Position numbers and translations under genes: made by a program. A DNA stretch of 64,000 nt from Diplonema japonicum (lineage: Eukaryota > Protista > Euglenozoa: Diplonemea), in NCBI GenBank assembly GCA_964019335.1, contig OZ025731.1, positions 365,545 to 429,544 on the forward strand, in the 5' to 3' direction. How positions within the stretch are numbered: position 1 is the stretch's first letter; every line of letters starts with the position of its first letter. Under the pieces are notes generated by a model, which was given only the letters and a program-made list of their open reading frames with translations, was not told the DNA's origin and did no database searches. Positions 56,957-64,000 of this stretch are shown here, piece after piece.

Positions 56957-57324
56957 GTCGTTCGTGTTCTGCTGGTGCCTGCCGCCTCTGCCTGGGTTTG
57001 CCGCTGCGTCCGTCGTCCGTCGTCGCCGTCGTCCGGGGGGGTTGTTTTGCCCGTCGGCCTGCCCGCCGCTCAACGAAAGGATCCCCTCCCCCCCATCACA
57101 CACTATAAAACAAAAAAAAAAATGGATCCAAGACGACTCGCAGGAGGAGGTGACCGCAGCCGCAGCCCGCAGGAGCAAGCCCGCAGCCCGCAGTGCACGG
57201 CACCGAGACCCACCCAACCAGGCAATCTGGTTGGGCAGTATGAATCCCCACCCCCTAGATCCCCCCACCCCCCTTTAGAAAAAAAAAATAATAAAAAAAA
57301 AAATCACAAGTAGAGACCGCGGTT

Positions 57325-58569
57325 TTGACCGCCACAACCAAGGGAGCAGCAGCCCCTGCTACAGCCACGGCCGCCCCGGCCGCAAGCACGACTGCTGCAG
57401 CAGCCCCAGCCGCACTGAACGCCGCAGCCGACCCTGCCGCCCCAAACGCCGCAGCCGCCCCTGCCGCAGCCACGACCGACACAACCACGATCGCCGCAGC
57501 CGCCCCTGCCGCCTTGAACGCTGCAGCCGCCCCTGCCGCAACTGAGACAGCCGCAGCCGCCCCTGCCGCAAGCCCGACCTCCGCAGCCGACCCTGCCATA
57601 GTTGAAGAGGAAAAAAAAAAGAAGAAAAAGGGGGAAGGGTGGATACTGAAAGATGGTGAGCACCCCCCCGGGTTGAAGACAGGTGCTGCCCCCGCCTTCC
57701 CAGAAGCTCTGCTGTCCGGGAAGTGGGAGGCCCTGTCAGGGAACACGGGGAGGGAGACGCTCCAGCATGGGCACCGGTGGGAGGGGACGGACGCCGAGGT
57801 GCGCCCCACCACCGGCATCCCAGGGGAGGCAAAGGGGTGGGTGAGGGAGGTGGCCGCCGCCGCAGGGCTCAAGGTGGTCCCCAACCAGGTACTTGTGAAT
57901 AAGTACAGACCTGGTTGTGGGATTGCCGCCCACAAGGACGACGCAAGACTGGGACCGGTCGTCCTAGTCTTGTCGTACGGGGCTGAGACCACAATGGTCA
58001 TGAGGAAGGGGGACAGGGTAGCGAGGTACCTGGTGCCCCCCTTCTCATGGGCACTGTTGGAAGGCGAAGCGAGACACCAGTGGACACACCACATCCCGTC
58101 AGGGGTGTCCACTGGTGTCAGGGTGTCGATCACCCTGCGTGCGGTTGGCCCCGAGCTCACCCACATACCCCCCCAGGAAGACCCACCCCCTGGGCTAACA
58201 AACGAACCCCCCCCTTTTTTTTTAGAACCCTCCACGGAGGTAAAAAACAGACCCTCTTCGGAGGAAAATGGAGAGAGAGGGGAAGAGGCAGCGCTCCCAA
58301 AAGAGGGTAGTGTTCCTCCCCCCCATTTGTCCCCCCCTTTTTCATTTTTAGAGCCCTCTTTGCCTGGTGTGCAGGGGCTGTGTGTGGAAGGGTCAGGGGT
58401 GCCACGACGAGTGCAAAAAGGCGGTGCGAAGGGAAGGGGAATACACGACCCCCCCGCCGGCCCCGACGAGGACCGAGTTACCCAGCCTGGAAACCATAGC
58501 CGCCATGAACGTCACGACCATGGGGTCGATCCCGACGAGCCTTCAAAGACTGTGGGGGCTTACCCTTAA
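57325..58569 (+). CDS. Retroelement ORF with Ala/Pro tandem repeats and AlkB-type 2OG-Fe(II) dioxygenase domain (probable true ATG at 57122, out of frame)
   Basis: NQVLVNKY.PGCGIAAHKD (NxY, HxD), LSYG, EARHQWTHHIP (H), RVSITLR (R..R) at ~57880-58140. Confidence 0.85.
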   Translation: MTATTKGAAAPATATAAPAASTTAAAAPAALNAAADPAAPNAAAAPAAATTDTTTIAAAAPAALNAAAAPAATETAAAAPAASPTSAADPAIVEEEKKKKKKGEGWILKDGEHPPGLKTGAAPAFPEALLSGKWEALSGNTGRETLQHGHRWEGTDAEVRPTTGIPGEAKGWVREVAAAAGLKVVPNQVLVNKYRPGCGIAAHKDDARLGPVVLVLSYGAETTMVMRKGDRVARYLVPPFSWALLEGEARHQWTHHIPSGVSTGVRVSITLRAVGPELTHIPPQEDPPPGLTNEPPPFFLEPSTEVKNRPSSEENGERGEEAALPKEGSVPPPHLSPPFSFLEPSLPGVQGLCVEGSGVPRRVQKGGAKGRGIHDPPAGPDEDRVTQPGNHSRHERHDHGVDPDEPSKTVGAYP

Positions 58570-61500
58570 GCACACTCTGGGCCGAGCGGTGAAGGACAAC
58601 ACAGAGGAGGCTTGGCTGCTGGTGGCGATGCTCCCCAAAGCCTGCCTGTGGAAGAAGAGGGGAGGGAAGAAGCGGGACAAGGAGACGGAGCTGAGTGTCC
58701 AGGCCAGATTGGAGGAGTGGGAGAAGGGAAATTACATGGCCCTCTGGAATAAGCTGGAATCAGGTGAGAAGGGGGAACCTAAGAACGACGAGGTCTCTAA
58801 GGTCGCCAGGGCCACGGAACTGTGCAGCAAAGGGAGGTTCTCGGCAGGAAACGCGGCGCTTGTAGCCCAGGGGCTGGCGGAAGACAATGAGGATTGCTGG
58901 AGAGCGCTGCAGAGCAAACATCCAGAGCCACTACACCCCCAATGGGACAACCCGGCGAAGACGAAGGAAGCGGTAGAAGTCTTGCCAGAAGAAGTGCTGG
59001 ACGCAATCAGGGACTTCCCGAGGGGGACTGCTGCGGGACCGACTGGTCTGAGAGCCCAGCACATCAAGGACGCGGTGGACGGAGCTTTTGAGTCTCAAGG
59101 CTGTTTGATGTCGGTGACGAGGGCAGTCAACGCATTAGCTAGAGGCACGGCCCCTAGGGAGGTGGCTCCGCTGATGGCAGGGGCGAACCTTGTGGCCCTC
59201 AAGAAGAACGACAGGGACGTGCGGCCCATAGCCGTTGGGGATGTGCTGCGTCGGCTGGTGGGGAAATCCCTTGTGAAGAAGATCGCTCCGGAAGTGGCCT
59301 CTTCGTACCTGAAGAAAGGCGGCCAGGTGGGGGTATCGGTCCCTGCTGGAATGGAGGCGGCTATACACACCATCAGGCAGTATGTGGACAGGGAACGGGG
59401 CAACAAGCAGGAAAACAAGGTGATCCTCAAGATCGACTACGCCAACGCCTTCAACAGTGTTTGTCGGAGGCAGCTGTGCTCACAGGCCTATGAGCAAGCG
59501 TCGGGGCTGTATGCGTGGGCCGATTGGTGCTACAGGGTGCCCTCCCAATTATACTACAACGGAAAGGTGATTAAGTCCCAGGAAGGGGTGCAACAGGGGG
59601 ACCCGATGGGACCGCTGCTGTTCTCTCTGGCCATCCAACCCCTGGTGAACAAGATAAGTGAAGACTGCAACCTGGACATCCTCCAGTTCTACCTGGACGA
59701 TGGCGTCCTTGTGGGGAATGTGGATGAAGTGAGAAAGGCGTACAACATCTTGTGTGAGCTGAGCGGAATGATAGGGCTGAAAGTGAAACCCCAGAAGTGC
59801 GAGCTCATATGGGTTAGTGGCGACCTCCCCCAGACAGTGGAGGACACAGGCTTCGATGGCCTGACAGAAGAGAATTTCCACAAAGAGAGGAACTTCATGC
59901 TCCTGGGGGCGCCGATAGGATCGCCGGAGTACACGCAAGCCTTTCTGAACAAACGCTTGGACGCGCTGGAAGAGAACTTCGACATGCTGACCAAGGTGGG
60001 GAGGCAGACAGGGTACACACTTCTCCGGTATTGCAGCTCATACAGCAAACTGGTGTTTTACATGAGAGTGGTCCCAGACTCGCATGTGGGAGGGGTCATG
60101 CACAGGTTCGACGAGATGGTGCGGAAGACGATGTCGAAGGTGTGCGGCATGCAGTTCGAGAACGGGTCGAAAGAATGGCAGCAGGCGAAACTGTCCGTAA
60201 AAGTCGGTGGGCTTGGGATGAGGAGCTGCCAGGAGCACCTGCGCGCGGCCAACATGGCTTCGAGGGCGTCGACGATGAAGCTGTGCAAGGAGCTGGATCC
60301 CAAATACGAACATGGGCTGGAAGGGGGTGTATGGGGGAGCTGGCTCGAGTGGTTCAACAGGACGAAGGGCGGCATGCAGATTACACCCGACATGGTGGCC
60401 AAGGCCCCCCACATCTGCAGCCAGAGGTGGCTCTCTAGGGTGCTTGATGAGAAGGCGCTGGAGGACCTCTTGGCGAAAGCAGATGCACGCTCGAGAGCGA
60501 GGTTGATGTCGGAGTCAATGCACTATGCGGGGGCGTGGTTGACGGCGACGCCTGACTTCTACAACCAGCTGTCGGACAACGAGTTTGGGGCTCTGATCAA
60601 GTGGTGGTTGGGGGCTCCGGTCTACAAGCAGGGTGAGAGCTGCCACGACCCGAGGTGCAAGACTGAGGGGATGGACGTATGGGGTGACCATGCCCAGGGA
60701 TGCGGCAACGCCAGGATTGCGAGGCACGACCGGGTGAAGGAGACCATCCACAGACACTGTCAGTGGGCCGGGGTGAGCGCAACGATGGAGAAGACGGGGC
60801 TGATCCCGGGGTCGTCCCAGCGCCCGGCGGACGTGTTCTTCCCAGGTGGGGTGGGGGGTTCCCGCCCAATGGCTATGGACGTGGTCATCGTGCACCCGAG
60901 GAACGAGTCTTGTGTCAACCAGGCGGCGAAGACTGCGGGGTACGCAGCGGCGAAGGCGGAACACTACAAGCGCCAGAAGTATGAGGCGGAGCTCGCCAAG
61001 ACACGCGTGGCCTTTGTACCTTTCGCGATGGAGACCTTTGGGGGGTTCGGGGAGGCAGCAGTCTACCTCACGAAGAAACTGTCCAGGAGCATAGCTGCGC
61101 GGGCTCACGGGGACAGAGTCTCGATACACAGGCGTGTGGTCCAAGAGGTGTCAACGGCCATGATGAGATCGATAGCAGGGGCGCTGTTAGTCAAAGGGCC
61201 TGTACAGTTGGATCCAGGGCCCCCGGTACCGGACGGCGAAGAGGAAAAAAAGGACAACGAGGAAGCGAACAACGAACCCAACACTGAATCCAACACTGAC
61301 CTCACAGAGGACTCCTTCGGCAATGAAAAAACCACCGAAGCTGAGGAGTCGTCCGAGAGGGAAGTGAAGGGACAGGGAGGCGGACCCCCAATCACGGTGG
61401 CCCACCAGCTGGATGCCCTTCTGGAGCAGACGAAGAAGGACCTGGACGCCCGAATGCAGCAGCAGCGAAAGGCGGAACCGGTGGAGGGTGGAACACAAGG

Positions 61501-63277
61501 GAAAGCGGGAGCAGGACTCGAAGCAGCCTCGCCGGGAGGAGAAGACACGGAGATGGCCGGAACAGGATCCAGCGAGAGGGCTGGGCAGGGAGGGGAGCTT
61601 GACCCGAAGGCCCAGGAAGATGGGAAGAGACAAGGGGCGACTGACGCTGCGGTGAACCAGACCTTGGACCAGTGTCCTAAGGGGGATACGGAGGCCCAGA
61701 GGGACTCGAACAAGGGGGACCAGAGTGCGACAACTGCTACGAGGAAGATGACCGTGAGCGAATTCTGTAGGGAACAAGCTGCGAAGAGACAGGGCGGTGG
61801 GAGGACTCTGAAGCCGCAGGCGGATGACGCCCCCGAAGGGACCAAAGAGGGCGGGAACGCACCGAGCGGAGGCAGCCAGTCGGGGCCTGACACACCTAGG
61901 GGTGGGATCCAGACGCCGGAGGGAGATCAGCTGATGGGAGTCGGGGCACCGGAAAGGGAACAGCAGGTGGAAGTAGGGGGAGACTTCGTTCAGCTTGACC
62001 CGATTGATGTGGTGATGGGCATCCCAATTCCGAGAGCGATGGTGCCACTGAGGGCGAGGCCGGGGGACCGACTGCTCAAGTTCATCATCCAGTTCGAGGG
62101 CCGGGTGGAGATCATCCTTGAAGAAGGAACGGACCCTGGAAGGGAGAGGACTGAGGAGATGCTTCTTGCGAAGGCCGAGTCGCTGGGTGTTCCACTGGAG
62201 GTGGCTATGGCTGGCCAGATTGGTATCGCTGGACTTGGATACATGATGGTAAAGCAGTACTTCGCAAGCTTGGAAGGTGGGTCGGACGGAGAGCGCCGCA
62301 GCCGCATTGTGGGTTGTGAGGTGCAGAAGTCGGAAACATACCGCGAGTTCGAGTTCCCGAGGACGGTCCAGGATTTCCAGATCACGTACGCGTGTGGGTG
62401 TTCGGCGGTGCAACCTGTTCGTTTCAAGGGTGGCGTGCTCAAGGGGACTCTGGAAACGGCATGGAGGGTGGTCAAGTTGCAGACCCGGGGGTGCAGACAC
62501 CACCCAACACCGGGGAAGGAAGGGGTAGTGGGCATTGCGGCGGGAGCCGGCGCTACCAAGGTGACACTACGTGAGTTCTTGGAGAGGTGCGACGCAAGGA
62601 TAAGGGCCCCAGTGGGAAAGGTCAAGGACCTGATCAAAGTGAAGGCGTGGGTGAGGGATGGAAGGAAGGTCACCCTCGACGTCTACGAGGGGAGGGGGCC
62701 CTGCGAGAAGGAGACGAGGCGCACTGTCCAGGACCATCTGCGGAAGATGGGTGTTGAAGAGGTCGACCTGCAGTCAGCGGTGGTGACGGTCCCGGGGTTG
62801 TTCGAGGACGTCTCCTTTGAGAGGTACCTTGGGCTGTTGGCCCGGAAGAAGGAGGAAGACAGGGAGAGGCGGCCTGAGGTGGTTGCCACGGACCTCCCCA
62901 CCCTGGAAGAGCTGAAGTGGAGCAAGAAGGACAAGAAGCGGGCCCGGGCCCGATCGGCCAGTACTGACTCGGATTGTGTGGAGGGTGGCTACATCTATCT
63001 GAAGGGTACGGGGGCGGATGGCACCGTGGTCGAAGCCAACATATGCAGGGGTGAGCTCAAGGGGATGACCGGGCCCCAGTTCAAGTTCTTGGCGGAGCAC
63101 AGGTTGATGGAAGAGCTGGGGAGCGACGACCTGGTGCGGGACACGGTCAAGGTGCGCAACAAGGAGAACTGGGCCCCGGTGAACAGTGCGGTGGCTTGGC
63201 TGCAGCTCGAGTCGGGGAGGGCACGGGTGGGGCCCATACCCCACAAGAAGAGGTCCAAAGGCTCGCTGGCCAGATAG
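58352..63277 (+). CDS. CRE-type polyprotein: Cys-rich finger, RT, CCHC, REL endonuclease, ~690-aa C-terminal extension
   Basis: AAGPTGLR, RPIAVGDVLRRL, DYANAFN, GVQQGDPMGP, YLDD, GGLG; C..C..DHAQGC, RHD, RPAD, D, KRQKY, ETFG. Open for more than 1600 codons. Confidence 0.95.
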   Translation, partial: SPLCLVCRGCVWKGQGCHDECKKAVRREGEYTTPPPAPTRTELPSLETIAAMNVTTMGSIPTSLQRLWGLTLKHTLGRAVKDNTEEAWLLVAMLPKACLWKKRGGKKRDKETELSVQARLEEWEKGNYMALWNKLESGEKGEPKNDEVSKVARATELCSKGRFSAGNAALVAQGLAEDNEDCWRALQSKHPEPLHPQWDNPAKTKEAVEVLPEEVLDAIRDFPRGTAAGPTGLRAQHIKDAVDGAFESQGCLMSVTRAVNALARGTAPREVAPLMAGANLVALKKNDRDVRPIAVGDVLRRLVGKSLVKKIAPEVASSYLKKGGQVGVSVPAGMEAAIHTIRQYVDRERGNKQENKVILKIDYANAFNSVCRRQLCSQAYEQASGLYAWADWCYRVPSQLYYNGKVIKSQEGVQQGDPMGPLLFSLAIQPLVNKISEDCNLDILQFYLDDGVLVGNVDEVRKAYNILCELSGMIGLKVKPQKCELIWVSGDLPQTVEDTGFDGLTEENFHKERNFMLLGAPIGSPEYTQAFLNKRLDALEENFDMLTKVGRQTGYTLLRYCSSYSKLVFYMRVVPDSHVGGVMHRFDEMVRKTMSKVCGMQFENGSKEWQQAKLSVKVGGLGMRSCQEHLRAANMASRASTMKLCKELDPKYEHGLEGGVWGSWLEWFNRTKGGMQITPDMVAKAPHICSQRWLSRVLDEKALEDLLAKADARSRARLMSESMHYAGAWLTATPDFYNQLSDNEFGALIKWWLGAPVYKQGESCHDPRCKTEGMDVWGDHAQGCGNARIARHDRVKETIHRHCQWAGVSATMEKTGLIPGSSQRPADVFFPGGVGGSRPMAMDVVIVHPRNESCVNQAAKTAGYAAAKAEHYKRQKYEAELAKTRVAFVPFAMETFGGFGEAAVYLTKKLSRSIAARAHGDRVSIHRRVVQEVSTAMMRSIAGALLVKGPVQLDPGPPVPDGEEEKKDNEEANNEPNTESNTDLTEDSFGNEKTTEAEESSEREVKGQGGGPPITVAHQLDALLEQTKKDLDARMQQQRKAEPVEGGTQGKAGAGLEAASPGGEDTEMAGTGSSERAGQGGELDPKAQEDGKRQGATDAAVNQTLDQCPKGDTEAQRDSNKGDQSATTATRKMTVSEFCREQAAKRQGGGRTLKPQADDAPEGTKEGGNAPSGGSQSGPDTPRGGIQTPEGDQLMGVGAPEREQQVEVGGDFVQLDPIDVVMGIPIPRAMVPLRARPGDRLLKFIIQFEGRVEIILEEGTDPGRERTEEMLLAKAESLGVPLEVAMAGQIGIAGLGYMMVKQYFASLEGGSDGERRSRIVGCEVQKSETYREFEFPRTVQDFQITYACGCSAVQPVRFKGGVLKGTLETAWRVVKLQTRGCRHHPTPGKEGVVGIAAGAGATKVTLREFLERCDARIRAPVGKVKDLIKVKAWVRDGRKVTLDVYEGRGPCEKETRRTVQDHLRKMGVEEVDLQSAVVTVPGLFEDVSFERYLGLLARKKEEDRERRPEVVATDLPTLEELKWSKKDKKRARARSASTDSDCVEGGYIYLKGTGADGTVVEANICRGELKGMTGPQFKFLAEHRLMEELGSDDLVRDTVKVRNKENWAPVNSAVAWLQLESGRARVGPIPHKKRSKGSLAR

Positions 63278-63317
63278 GCCAGCGGGGGTGTGGGGGGCTG
63301 TTCTCCCCCCCCCCGCC

Positions 63318-63390
63318 ATAAGAAGATGTGAAACTTTTTTTTTTTTTTTCTGAGAAAAAAAAAAAAGGGAAAAATAAAAGAATAGGGAAC
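63318..63390. repeat. Right copy of ~70-bp direct repeat
   Basis: Matches 56285-56352 apart from homopolymer lengths and a few substitutions. Confidence 0.85.
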
Positions 63391-63768
63391 AGGTGCTACA
63401 ACGGCCAGGCTAGATAGAACCACTTAGATTTTTTTTTTTTTTCCTTTTTTTTTTTTTCTTTTTGTTTTTCCTTTTTTTTTTTTTTTTTTTATTTTTCTGT
63501 TTTTCTTTTTCTTTTTCTTTTTGAAGTGGAACCATCTCGGTCGACGTTTTTTTTTTTTTTTTTTTTTTTTTCTTTTTTCTTTTGTGGTGATGTGTTTTTC
63601 CTGTTTTTGATTTTCTTCTTCCCCCGCTCTATGCTTTATCGCATGGACATTGGCCACTCTGCCCCTTTCCCCTTTTTTGATTCTCCCTCTTTCCCCCTCC
63701 TAAATTTTACCCCCTGCCCCACTCATTCCTCCCTAGTATGTTTTTGAATTTGCCTCTTCTTCTTTTAA

Positions 63769-64000
63769 GCAAACCCGCAAACCCGCAAACCCGCAAACCC
63801 GCAAACCCGCAAACCCGCAAACCCGCAAACCCGCAAACCCGCAAACCCGCAAACCCGCAAACCCGCAAACCCGCAAACCCGCAAACCCGCAAACCCGCAA
63901 ACCCGCAAACCCGCAAACCCGCAAACCCGCAAACCCGCAAACCCGCAAACCCGCAAACCCGCAAACCCGCAAACCCGCAAACCCGCAAACCCGCAAACCC
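63769..64000. repeat. Perfect (GCAAACCC)n tandem array, 29 units to the window edge; telomere-like
   Basis: Directly visible; the G-rich strand (TTTGCGGG) is the minus strand. Confidence 0.95.

Larger units (their letters stand above)
56353..63317 (+). mobile_element. CRE-clade (RT plus REL endonuclease) non-LTR retrotransposon with SL exon and AlkB domain
   Basis: See component features; boundaries inferred from the flanking direct repeat. Confidence 0.85.

Noticed and set aside
56918-57120. Stand-alone SL RNA gene
   Set aside because: The first two nucleotides are not AA, the donor context is GTCG, and there is no recognisable Sm site, T-tract terminator or tandem array. The sequence runs into the element ORF.
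57238-57278. 41-nt GTATGA..TTTAG intron restoring frame from ATG 57122
   Set aside because: The phase fits, but the spliced frame hits TAA at 57289.
63707-63996. RVCGFAGL repeat ORFs or a CRISPR-like array
   Set aside because: Translation of the octamer satellite; no spacers.

Overview
Eukaryotic nuclear DNA, most likely from a diplonemid (Euglenozoa). The evidence is a 37-nt match to the euglenozoan spliced leader (SL) at 56920-56956, about 15 host genes all on the + strand, short GT-AG cis-introns, and intergenic DNA saturated with A/T/G/C homopolymers. Host genes include an SDR, an amino-acid transporter, an ankyrin-LRR protein, a rhodanese-DSP pseudophosphatase, a GST_C/F-box protein, a 7-exon 5'-nucleotidase-ankyrin gene, a 2-RRM protein and a kelch protein. 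Mobile DNA is abundant: (1) an APE-RT LINE with an OTU protease domain in ORF1, plus three 5'-truncated relatives, all sitting in sense-strand T tracts; (2) a tyrosine-recombinase (Crypton-like) family with five copies; (3) MITEs; (4) a CRE-clade RT-REL retrotransposon near an (AAACCCGC)n array. The most striking system is the CRE element. It is bracketed by a ~70-bp direct repeat, carries a genomic SL exon followed by an adenine-free tract (118 nt), and encodes an AlkB-type 2OG-Fe(II) dioxygenase ahead of its RT plus a long unknown C-terminal extension. All domain calls are by eye from motifs; no database searches were run.
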